Positions 56,594 to 64,000 of a DNA stretch of 64,000 bases are shown piece after piece. A program made the position numbers and the translations under genes. Position 1 is the first letter of the stretch; each line of letters opens with the position of its first letter. The stretch is from positions 1 through 64,000 of IMG/VR virus record IMGVR_UViG_3300031962_000001, one strand, 5' to 3'. The stretch is from a virus. The notes below the pieces were generated by a model. The model was given only the letters and a program-made list of their open reading frames with translations, was not told where the DNA came from and searched no databases.

Positions 56594-57319
56594 ATGGCCA
56601 TCCACACTCCAGTAGATAGTCCCATCTTTGGAGGACGCGTCTGGGGCCAGTCCAAGGACCGCAAGGCCCAACGACTGGCCGCAGCCAGGAAGAACAAGGA
56701 GTTCCGGCAGGAGAAGGCGTATCGCACAAGATACAAGGGAGCCAAAAATGATGTAGAGGCTGCCAACCTTTTCCTGCTTCTTGGCATCAACTATTTCAGC
56801 ACGCCGAAAGAACAGCTTGCCGCTATCGTGCGCGAGAAGTTCGAAGGAAAGAGAGCCGACGCCATCAATGTCAAAGCGATGGATTTCCTGACAGACAACT
56901 TTGATGCTCTGGTGGAGCTCAAAGATGGATTTCCACCACTGATAAGGTTCCGTCCGGCAGAGCCGGAGAAGGAAGAGGAGACACGACCCATGAAACTGTA
57001 TTCCCAGCTAGCAGAACGTTCCGGTCAGACACGTAGGGTAGTCAGAGAAGTGTACGAGGCACTGGTCTTGGAGGCACGCAAGGCTCTGAGAACAGAACGC
57101 CTTTTCAAGCTGCCCGATCTAGGCAGACTGAAGATATCGTACAGACCACCGAAGGAAAAGCGGAGGGGCATCAACCCTTTCACTGGCAAGAAGCAGTGGT
57201 TCAAGTACAAACCCGCATCAAACAAACTGCGCTTCGCACCGGCGAAGGTTCTGAAAGTCTTCGTCGCCGAGAAGGTGGAGGTTGTAGCACCGAAGAAAAA
57301 GAAAAAGCACAAGAAGTAG
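56594..57319 (+). CDS. HU/IHF-like DNA-binding protein with N-terminal extension
   Basis: C-terminal ~110 aa LAERSG...LPDLGRLKISYRP...GINPFTG...KPASNKLRFAPAKVLK; internal GAGGAG + ATG 56990. Confidence 0.8.
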   Translation: MAIHTPVDSPIFGGRVWGQSKDRKAQRLAAARKNKEFRQEKAYRTRYKGAKNDVEAANLFLLLGINYFSTPKEQLAAIVREKFEGKRADAINVKAMDFLTDNFDALVELKDGFPPLIRFRPAEPEKEEETRPMKLYSQLAERSGQTRRVVREVYEALVLEARKALRTERLFKLPDLGRLKISYRPPKEKRRGINPFTGKKQWFKYKPASNKLRFAPAKVLKVFVAEKVEVVAPKKKKKHKK

Positions 57320-57332
57320 AAGGGAGGTTTGG

Positions 57333-58061
57333 ATGTCCTATTGTAGGCAGTGTGCAAATCCAGATCTGAAGGGTATGCACACTTGTGAAAAAAGAAGAAA
57401 GAGAGGCACGATGGAACCGCAAGTACAGGTGATCACGAGAGAAGCACGCAAAGCACTGATCCAAGAATTGCCGCGAGCGGTGCCGGAGTTCGAAGAGCCG
57501 ACGCCGGAGTCTGAGAAGATAGCGAAGAAGGCCAGCAGAGTCCTTGGCTACCGAGGCTTGCTGACTTTCAACGCTGGAGGCAAACTCCAAGCCATTCTGG
57601 AGAGCCTTGAAATCGAAGTCATCGACCCGAAGGCTGTGTTCGAATATCAGTCCAAATTCGGGAGAGCGACCTACAATAAACCAGTCATCTTCGTAGAAGA
57701 GGCTATTCAAGACGATGATGAAGATGACGAAGAAGAGGAAGATGATGACGACGAGGAGCCGGTCCGTAGCAGTCATGGACGGTACTTTTGGAATCGAGTT
57801 CCGATCAAAGAGTACCATAAGGCTATCCCAGAGTTCGTAGTTAGCAAGGCTATCCAAGTCAAGGAAGCCCTGCCAGAAGTGCAGGTCTTCGTTGAGGAAC
57901 TGCAATACGACCCTGACCCGTTCTTGGTTGTGACCTGCAAGAACGACAATTTCATTGAGCAGTATTACATCGAAGTCTGGGAGGAGCCTCAGTTCGAAGG
58001 GCGATTCCTGGGCCAGCCGACCAAGCAAGAGCGCAATCTGTCGAAGAAGCACAAAGGCTGA
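57333..58061 (+). CDS. hypothetical protein with acidic tract
   Basis: GGGAGG RBS; IPEFV..KA, DPDPFLVV, YIEVWEEP blocks. Confidence 0.65.
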   Translation: MSYCRQCANPDLKGMHTCEKRRKRGTMEPQVQVITREARKALIQELPRAVPEFEEPTPESEKIAKKASRVLGYRGLLTFNAGGKLQAILESLEIEVIDPKAVFEYQSKFGRATYNKPVIFVEEAIQDDDEDDEEEEDDDDEEPVRSSHGRYFWNRVPIKEYHKAIPEFVVSKAIQVKEALPEVQVFVEELQYDPDPFLVVTCKNDNFIEQYYIEVWEEPQFEGRFLGQPTKQERNLSKKHKG

Positions 58062-58122
58062 AATTGTTCCAGACTGGAGCTCACTTGGCGCGGTAGAGGA
58101 AGGCTCCAGTCTGGGCAATAGG

Positions 58123-58164
58123 GCGGGAGTAGAAGGTATGCGGCCCCCTGCTCCCGCTCATTTT
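58123..58164 (+). terminator. terminator-like hairpin
   Basis: GCGGGAGTAG...CTGCTCCCGC followed by TCATTTT. Confidence 0.5.
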
Positions 58165-58173
58165 ATCTCACAA

Positions 58174-58185
58174 TCGTGTTTCATA
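58174..58185 (+). promoter_or_regulatory. TCGTGTTTCATA motif, copy 3
   Basis: Follows a terminator-like hairpin and precedes an AAGGAGG RBS. Confidence 0.6.
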
Positions 58186-58203
58186 TAGGTAAGGAGGAAG
58201 AAA

Positions 58204-58443
58204 ATGGAGCTATCCGTAGGAGATGTGAAAACCATGTTCGTAGATCGTTGGAGGTCCACTCTGAAAGGAGCAAACGAGCAGACCGAAAATGTTTTGCTCC
58301 ACGAAGTTTCTGATGAACATAAGCAGAATCTTCGGGAGATCGTGATTCTTCAGAAAGAGGCTCTACTAAGACTCCAGATGCTGGAAACCGCTCTTGGGAA
58401 TTTTGGAGAAGCGATTTCAGGGCTGATGGAACTTACCGAATAG
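58204..58443 (+). CDS. hypothetical protein
   Basis: AAGGAGG RBS; 79 aa. Confidence 0.65.
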   Translation: MELSVGDVKTMFVDRWRSTLKGANEQTENVLLHEVSDEHKQNLREIVILQKEALLRLQMLETALGNFGEAISGLMELTE

Positions 58444-58451
58444 GAGCTAGC

Positions 58452-59306
58452 GTGGACCCACAATACGGCAAGATGAACATAATCCCCGGCATCACCGTCG
58501 TGGTGGATACTGTAACTGGCAGGTCTGCAAGAGTCGAGAAGATTCTGCCGAGCGGCGTCCAAGTAACTGTTAGGCAGCGAGGATACGAGCTAGAAAATTG
58601 GCAATGGAGTTGGCTTACAGTCCGTCAGCCGCGTCTAGTCAAACGCTATCCACGCCCGTTCCGATTCCCAAGGGAGGAAAAGACCGAATGCTGCCATTGT
58701 AAAATTGGTAAGATGGAGGCGCAACTTGAAAAAACGAAAGTCGAAGAAGGCTGGATCGAAACATGGATCGTCTGGTGTCTCAGATGCAAGCAACCAATCG
58801 GTACGGAAAGTTTTCCTAGACGTATCGAGAGAGCCTACGAGCTTGTACGCAAAGCTCGTAATGCAAAACCCAAACGCGAAGTTCATAAAGCAGTATCGCG
58901 ACGAGCAAGGAAAGTTTCACGTCATCACAAAAGTTCCGTCAAAGCACGGAGAAAGAGTACGAGTAAACTGGGTATTCGACCCACAAGGAGCAGCAATGCG
59001 CAAGCGAGCAATCGAAAGACAGTCAGGAAGGCCAAGCTCAAAACATCTAAGGTTCCCGCGAGAAGCCGTCAAAAGATTTCCACGGCTCGCCATCAGGAGG
59101 TTTCCAAGACTCGCCAAAAAGGGGTGAAACGTGTACGACATAGCGCGAGCCCTGAAAAAGTTCCGACAACTGATAAGGTGGACATCGTGGCGAGCGTCCC
59201 GCAACCCGATACTCCGGCAGACGTTCGAGGATCTGGAAGCGGAGGGGCTTCTAACGCTAGTGAAGTGTTGTCGGGAGTTCCCGGAGGGACAGACAAGGTT
59301 CACTAG
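58452..59306 (+). CDS. SH3-like + R(F/Y)PR + Zn-ribbon protein; C-terminal half overlaps two downstream genes
   Basis: AGGAG RBS; RYPRPFRFPR; CCHC...CLRC. Coding status beyond ~58860 is uncertain. Confidence 0.45.
   Translation: MDPQYGKMNIIPGITVVVDTVTGRSARVEKILPSGVQVTVRQRGYELENWQWSWLTVRQPRLVKRYPRPFRFPREEKTECCHCKIGKMEAQLEKTKVEEGWIETWIVWCLRCKQPIGTESFPRRIERAYELVRKARNAKPKREVHKAVSRRARKVSRHHKSSVKARRKSTSKLGIRPTRSSNAQASNRKTVRKAKLKTSKVPARSRQKISTARHQEVSKTRQKGVKRVRHSASPEKVPTTDKVDIVASVPQPDTPADVRGSGSGGASNASEVLSGVPGGTDKVH
58861..59127 (+). CDS. small protein with RFPR x3 C-terminal tail
   Basis: ATG 58861 (MQNPNAKFIKQYRD); ends HLRFPREAVKRFPRLAIRRFPRLAKKG. Confidence 0.6.
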   Translation: MQNPNAKFIKQYRDEQGKFHVITKVPSKHGERVRVNWVFDPQGAAMRKRAIERQSGRPSSKHLRFPREAVKRFPRLAIRRFPRLAKKG

Positions 59307-59727
59307 ATATTTCAAACGCTCTTGGTACAATCACCTGAAAAGATTGTACCGAGATGGCTATGCTCTGAAACGACGCGGCATTGAAGTCGAGCTAGAAAAA
59401 GCCGAAAGCATAGCGCCTGCCGAGGACGATTTCCTAGAACGGATGCAATCTCGCTATGACGAGATACAACCATTCCTTTCACAAGACGCCAGACGGCTTC
59501 TGGAGAGCTTGCTGTCTACAGAGCCGGAACCTATGGCAATAGAATATGCGTGGCGAGAGTTCTGTCGCAAGAGCAAACTACGCTCGCTAGAAATTCCAGT
59601 AACAGGTGGAAAAAAGTTCCGTGTTCGTATTCGCCACGTCCGACGTGCGCTGGGCTTGACGACCAAACGGATGCGCGAAGTAGTCAAGGAAATAAAGTCT
59701 GTAAGCAGATCACACAGGAGGAAGTAG
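59131..59727 (+). CDS. sigma70-family (region 2-like) phage sigma/transcription factor
   Basis: EDLEAEGLLTLVKCCREF....RFTRYFKRSWYNHLKRLYR resembles sigma region 2; C-terminal HTH-like IRHVRRALGLTTKRMREV. Confidence 0.65.
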   Translation: MYDIARALKKFRQLIRWTSWRASRNPILRQTFEDLEAEGLLTLVKCCREFPEGQTRFTRYFKRSWYNHLKRLYRDGYALKRRGIEVELEKAESIAPAEDDFLERMQSRYDEIQPFLSQDARRLLESLLSTEPEPMAIEYAWREFCRKSKLRSLEIPVTGGKKFRVRIRHVRRALGLTTKRMREVVKEIKSVSRSHRRK

Positions 59728-61077
59728 ATGGCTAAGAAGAAAACAGGCAAGAAAAAGAGCAGAAAGGGCAAGAAGGGCAAGTCGCGTGACGAGGAAGAAG
59801 ATGAGGACGAAGAGGAGGTAGACGAGTCAGACGAGGAAGAGTCTGACGATGAGGAAGAGGACGACGAAGACGACAAGCCATCCAAAAAGAAGAAGCACAA
59901 AAAGTCCTCTGACGAAGATGAAGAGGACGAAGAAGAGTCTGAGGATGAGGAAGAGTCCAGCGACGATGAGGAAGAGGACTCTGACGACGATGAGGAAGAA
60001 GACGAGGACGAGGAACCTAAGAAAAAGAAGAAACACAAAAAGTCCTCTGACGAAGATGAAGATGAAGATGAAGAGGACGAAGAAGAGTCCGATGACGAGG
60101 AAGATGAAGACGAGGATGACGAGCCCAAGAAGAAAAAGAAAAAGGGCAAGAAATCCTCAGACGACGATGACGACGAGGAAGACGAAGACGAGTCCGAGGA
60201 CGAGGAAGATGAGGAAGAGTCCGAGGACGACGATGACGATGATGATGACGAACCTCCCAAGAAAAAGAAAAAGTCCAAGAAGTCAGAAGATGACGACGAG
60301 GACGAGGAAGAGGAGGAAGACGAGGACGAGGAAGAGTCTGACGATGATGATGATGAGGAAGAGGATGACGATGAGGAGGACTCCGCAAAGGGGTCCTCTT
60401 CCAAGCTCGTCCAGATCGATCCAAATAAGTATCAGCCCAAACAACCAAAAACCCCGATCCCTCCGGGCATAGAAGATTGCTTCGGCAAGTATTATGGGCC
60501 TCTGTCGGGAGAACCTGACGCCCCAGAGTGCAAGCGTTGCGTCGAAGCGAAGAACTGTGCGGCTGTAATGAAAGCCAACAGAGAAGACGAAGAAAAGGAA
60601 GGTAAAAAGAAGATGAAAAAGCACGGGAAGAAGCGGCACGCAAGAGAGGAAGAGGAAGAAGAGGTGAAGGTGTCCAAGAAAAAGAAGGGCAAGAAGCACC
60701 GTCGCGAGGAAGAAGAGGAAGAGGAAGAAAAGAAGTCCTCGAAGAAGGTGAAGGGCCTTGCTCCGGCTGTCAAGTCGATCTTGGACAAGTCCAAATACAA
60801 GAAGTACGATGGCGATCTGGTCAAGAGCGCGGAGAACAAGTACGTCGTCAAAATTCACGATGTGAAAGCTGTCCGTATCACACGGGCGAATCGCGAAGAT
60901 GGTGCTCAGTTCCGTCTGCTTTGCAAAAAGGAGCCGAAGAAATATGGACTGCGCTCTAGCGACTGGAAGAAGGCTGGCGCCGGTAAGTACGACTTCCAGG
61001 GAGAGCAGAAGGCTCTTCCGAAGAAGCTGCGTATTTTCTTCAAGAAGTTTGCGGCCGAGCACAAGGAAGCAGCGTAG
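59728..61077 (+). CDS. acidic/basic low-complexity protein with Cys motif
   Basis: AGGAGG RBS; repeated poly-E/D tracts separated by PKKKKK blocks; CFG...CKRC...C; followed by a terminator. Confidence 0.75.
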   Translation: MAKKKTGKKKSRKGKKGKSRDEEEDEDEEEVDESDEEESDDEEEDDEDDKPSKKKKHKKSSDEDEEDEEESEDEEESSDDEEEDSDDDEEEDEDEEPKKKKKHKKSSDEDEDEDEEDEEESDDEEDEDEDDEPKKKKKKGKKSSDDDDDEEDEDESEDEEDEEESEDDDDDDDDEPPKKKKKSKKSEDDDEDEEEEEDEDEEESDDDDDEEEDDDEEDSAKGSSSKLVQIDPNKYQPKQPKTPIPPGIEDCFGKYYGPLSGEPDAPECKRCVEAKNCAAVMKANREDEEKEGKKKMKKHGKKRHAREEEEEEVKVSKKKKGKKHRREEEEEEEEKKSSKKVKGLAPAVKSILDKSKYKKYDGDLVKSAENKYVVKIHDVKAVRITRANREDGAQFRLLCKKEPKKYGLRSSDWKKAGAGKYDFQGEQKALPKKLRIFFKKFAAEHKEAA

Positions 61078-61100
61078 CAGTTCCACAACAACTCTAACTG

Positions 61101-61135
61101 GAGGGGCCTTTCACCGTGAGGCCCCTCTTTCTTTT
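61101..61135 (+). terminator. rho-independent terminator
   Basis: GAGGGGCCT / AGGCCCCTC stem + TTTCTTTT. Confidence 0.8.
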
Positions 61136-61143
61136 GAGGCGAA

Positions 61144-62451
61144 ATGAAAAAGATAGCAGTGGTGATGTTCGACGCTGGGCACATAGGAGGAGTTCTGCCA
61201 TACAATCTGGATCTGACCTATGGTCTGAGAGAAGCTGGCTACGAAGCAGACCTGATATTCGCTGTTCCCAAGGAGCAGCCTGACAAGGCGCATGGAGCAA
61301 AGGCTGGTTTGGGGCTGCGCATACATATATCGAAGTCTGGAGGAAGGCTGTTCTCAGAAAATGCTATCCCGTATATCGGGAAGAAAAATTCTGGTGAGCT
61401 CAAGGAAAAGCTCCAAGAATACGACGGCGTAGTCCTGTCCAAGGTTCCCAGTTGGAAAAGAGGTCACAACGATGACCAGGATTGGTTGAAGGCTTTACAG
61501 CATGGCAAGCCTATGGTGTGTATCGTGCATGACACGCTATGGCTGCGTTCCTACCCGTGGATACTTTCGCTGCGGGACAAAATCACATACTATGTCGCTG
61601 TACATCCGGCGGCATTTTCAATGGCGAAGCTGATTCCTGGTAGAATTTGCTGTATCGTGAATCCATTTGACATTTCTAAGTCTCAGAAGACCTACGAAAA
61701 GGACTGGAACGCGCTGGCTTCTACAGCGTTCTTCAGACAGTGGAAACATAACGAGGATGGCATTAGGGCAGTCCCATACATGAAACCTGTCCATCTCTTT
61801 CAGACTGGAGCAGGTATAGAACTGAGCTATATGAGGGCCGAACTGAAAAGCAAAGATAAATACAGTGGTAGTTCCTACGCTAACTATCGCAAGAAGATAA
61901 TGCAGTATCGTTGGAAGAAAAGCGACTACTCTTACAGAGAGAAGTGGGATGGTAAGAGAATATTCGATGTCGCAAAGAAGACTGGGCGATTCCATTATAT
62001 GGGTGTCGTGCCTCCAGAGGAACTGTACAATCTCAAAGCTGGATGCGGTGGCTCTGTAGATTGGTCCTATCATTCGTGGGGAGAATATTTCAACAGAGTT
62101 ACAGTAGAGGCTATGATCTACCACTGTTTGCCATTTGCCAGACCGACAGGTATAGCAGGCAACGAAACGGGGGAAGGGCTGGTCTTTGGACCTGAAAATG
62201 TAGTCCTTATCAGAGAAGGCTTGTCTCCAAAGAAAACTGGCGAGTTGATCGTAAGCTCTATGCATGACAAGGCGCTTAGGAAGGAAATGATTACTAGGAA
62301 TCTGAAGAAGATCGAGATGTTTGACAGGAAAGTGGTGGCGGAACAGATTGTGAGAGCTTTGAAAGGGAAGGAAAAAGTTGGACTGCTGGAGACGATGACG
62401 GGAAAATCTAATAAAAAAGTCAGAAGCTATATGGAGGACTTCGGAGAATGA
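61144..62451 (+). CDS. GT-B glycosyltransferase, T4 alpha-glucosyltransferase-like (DNA modification)
   Basis: MKKIAVV..GGV, EYDGVVLSKVP, CIVHD, FRQWK, NRVTVEAM. Confidence 0.6.
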   Translation: MKKIAVVMFDAGHIGGVLPYNLDLTYGLREAGYEADLIFAVPKEQPDKAHGAKAGLGLRIHISKSGGRLFSENAIPYIGKKNSGELKEKLQEYDGVVLSKVPSWKRGHNDDQDWLKALQHGKPMVCIVHDTLWLRSYPWILSLRDKITYYVAVHPAAFSMAKLIPGRICCIVNPFDISKSQKTYEKDWNALASTAFFRQWKHNEDGIRAVPYMKPVHLFQTGAGIELSYMRAELKSKDKYSGSSYANYRKKIMQYRWKKSDYSYREKWDGKRIFDVAKKTGRFHYMGVVPPEELYNLKAGCGGSVDWSYHSWGEYFNRVTVEAMIYHCLPFARPTGIAGNETGEGLVFGPENVVLIREGLSPKKTGELIVSSMHDKALRKEMITRNLKKIEMFDRKVVAEQIVRALKGKEKVGLLETMTGKSNKKVRSYMEDFGE

Positions 62452-63839
62452 AAAGAATCGCCGTCCTCCTGTTCGAAGTGTTCAACAACCTCGGCGGCAT
62501 CCTACCGTCTACATACCATACCTGCAAAGGTCTGGAAGAGGCAGGTTACGAACCGTTCATATTCCATGCGGAATGGAAAGACCGGAAATACGACCGGCCA
62601 GAAGGCAGCTATAAAAACGTGGGGTTTGGACTACGCACTAGCACGAGCAAGGGACTAGAGCGTATACGCATGTTTGCCAGCCCTAAGCATACTTTCCTGT
62701 ACCGTGGGCGATCGTGCGCCAGGGACCTCCGGGACGCCCTTAGCGAGTATGATGGCGTTATACTTAGCAGTTCCATACCGTCTATTGCGGCAAAGAAGAT
62801 GGGTGGCAACAACGACTGGAAAATAGTGCTTCAGCACGGCAAGCCGATGATAGGCATGGTGAGAGACTGTCACTGGAGCCGTCTGTCGCCACACATATTT
62901 CCATACAGACATCTGTTTCAGGCTTTCGTGGGAGTACACCCAGCCGCGTTCAACTCGCTGAAAAACATGCCATGGAAAATTGCCTGTCAGCCGAATCCGC
63001 ATGACACTTCCCTGTATGGTAGGGAATACGAAAAGAACTGGGAGGAAGTCTGCATCACGTCGTGGTTCAAACAGTGGAAGCATATCGACGATGCTCTCAG
63101 AGCAGTACCGTATATGAAGCCAATCCGTTTGCGGATAGCTGGTGGTGGCATCGAGCATTCCTATATGGAAGCTGCTAAGAAGAATCCAGATAGGCCGCGT
63201 GAGGATTTCAACTTGGAATCGACGTACCGTTCTTGGCAAAACAAAATGAGATTCTATTCGTGGAAGGAAAACGACAAGAGCGTCAGGGACAAGTGGATTG
63301 GTAAAAGTATCTGGGAAGTAGCGGAGCGCTCCGGAAATTTTACGTACGAAGGATTCCTGTTGCAAGGCAGACAGCTTGACGATCTTCAATCGGAATGTGG
63401 AGGCCTGTTTGATCCTTCCTACCATTACGACTGGGGAGAGCATTTCAATCGCACGATGATAGAGGCCATCCTGCATCATAGCATTCCGTTCATGAGGCCA
63501 TATGGCATCTCAGACAACGCGGAAGGCCAAGGCAAGATATTTGGACCTGACAATGCTGTCATGATTCCTGAGACGGCTTCTCCAAAAAGGATAGGCGAGA
63601 TAATCCGCTCGTCGATGAACGATAGAAAACTTAAGAGAGACCTGAAGGCGGCGAACGCTGAGAAGGTTCAAATGTTCAACAGGACGTATGTGGCTAGACA
63701 GTATATAAAATTATTGGAGGGAAAGGAGGCAGGTCTGTTCGGCATACAGGAGGGAAAGCTCGATGAGAAGACACTGTTCAGGCTGAATAAGCTAGGTCTC
63801 ATCAGGAGGTTCCCCAGAACATTCAGATTCCCGAGGTGA
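62448..63839 (+). CDS. GT-B glycosyltransferase paralog (AGT-like) with RFPR x2 C-terminus
   Basis: Co-linear with the upstream gene (EYDGVIL, LQHGKPM, VHPAAF, AVPYMKP, WGE.FNR..IEA, FGP.N); ends RRFPRTFRFPR. Confidence 0.6.
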   Translation: MKRIAVLLFEVFNNLGGILPSTYHTCKGLEEAGYEPFIFHAEWKDRKYDRPEGSYKNVGFGLRTSTSKGLERIRMFASPKHTFLYRGRSCARDLRDALSEYDGVILSSSIPSIAAKKMGGNNDWKIVLQHGKPMIGMVRDCHWSRLSPHIFPYRHLFQAFVGVHPAAFNSLKNMPWKIACQPNPHDTSLYGREYEKNWEEVCITSWFKQWKHIDDALRAVPYMKPIRLRIAGGGIEHSYMEAAKKNPDRPREDFNLESTYRSWQNKMRFYSWKENDKSVRDKWIGKSIWEVAERSGNFTYEGFLLQGRQLDDLQSECGGLFDPSYHYDWGEHFNRTMIEAILHHSIPFMRPYGISDNAEGQGKIFGPDNAVMIPETASPKRIGEIIRSSMNDRKLKRDLKAANAEKVQMFNRTYVARQYIKLLEGKEAGLFGIQEGKLDEKTLFRLNKLGLIRRFPRTFRFPR

Positions 63840-63845
63840 AAACAG

Positions 63846-64000
63846 ATGTCTGAAAGAGATCGCGGCGCGTTCGTTGAAATGGAAGAACCCTGCGTCGATT
63901 GCAAGCAGATGTGGGGAATGTACGAAAGCGAAATCAGGTTCTTCGAGAATCTGATCAAGACAGAAGGCTACACAATGCCGAAACGCTGCCCGGCGTGCAG
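63846..64000 (+). CDS. zinc-ribbon protein (truncated by window end)
   Basis: GAGGTG RBS; CVDC...EIRFF...PKRCPAC. Confidence 0.6.
   Translation, partial: MSERDRGAFVEMEEPCVDCKQMWGMYESEIRFFENLIKTEGYTMPKRCPAC

Noticed and set aside
14131-61077. C-terminal -AA ends on several proteins (GIY-YIG, EndoVII, endolysin, acidic protein) as ClpXP degrons
   Set aside because: Plausible but too short and too common to support from sequence alone.
59454-61086. Long minus-strand poly-Ser/Phe/Leu ORFs and the alternative-frame R/K/T/M ORF
   Set aside because: These are shadows of the GAR/GAY/AAR-rich acidic gene, with no RBS or independent features.
1-64000. Alternative genetic code (stop-codon reassignment)
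   Set aside because: TAA, TAG and TGA all end genes cleanly with tight coupling, and the standard code gives dense full-length ORFs.

Overview
This window is a segment of a large tailed-phage genome, with essentially all real genes on the + strand. No terminase or portal is visible here. Gene order: (1) 10-10709, accessory and surface genes: a TPR-GT9 glycosyltransferase, an Ig-like protein, a signal-peptide beta-helix protein, beta-sandwich proteins, a 1369-aa repeat protein, a BppU-like adaptor and a degenerate metallophosphoesterase. (2) 10706-18021, head module: putative internal head proteins rich in R-E-[A/S] motifs, a GIY-YIG endonuclease, prohead protease/scaffold, decoration protein and major capsid protein. 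(3) 18816-27703, an 11-gene glycosyltransferase/methyltransferase/epimerase island. (4) 27724-43867, neck, endolysin, tail tube, -1 frameshifting tail chaperones, tape measure, tail tip proteins and a holin-like gene. (5) 44073-50020, replication: SF2 helicase, palindromic origin-like region, DnaB-like helicase, primase, LAGLIDADG. (6) 50050-51025, a promoter and boxA leader followed by a ~860-nt highly structured non-coding region (GOLLD-like giant RNA candidate). (7) 51103-64000, early/middle genes: membrane-less FtsK, UDG-like, HU, sigma-like factor, an acidic/basic polyampholyte and two T4 alpha-glucosyltransferase-like paralogs. The most notable observations are: a short linear motif R-[F/Y]-P-R occurring 15 times, with varied codons, in 7 unrelated non-virion proteins; two prfB(RF2)-style +1 frameshift cassettes (CGGAGG-TCN-CTT-YG) that join head-module ORFs; the giant structured RNA with an rRNA-like antitermination leader; and the capsid-adjacent glycosylation island. 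All functional calls come from motif recognition by eye, not database searches.
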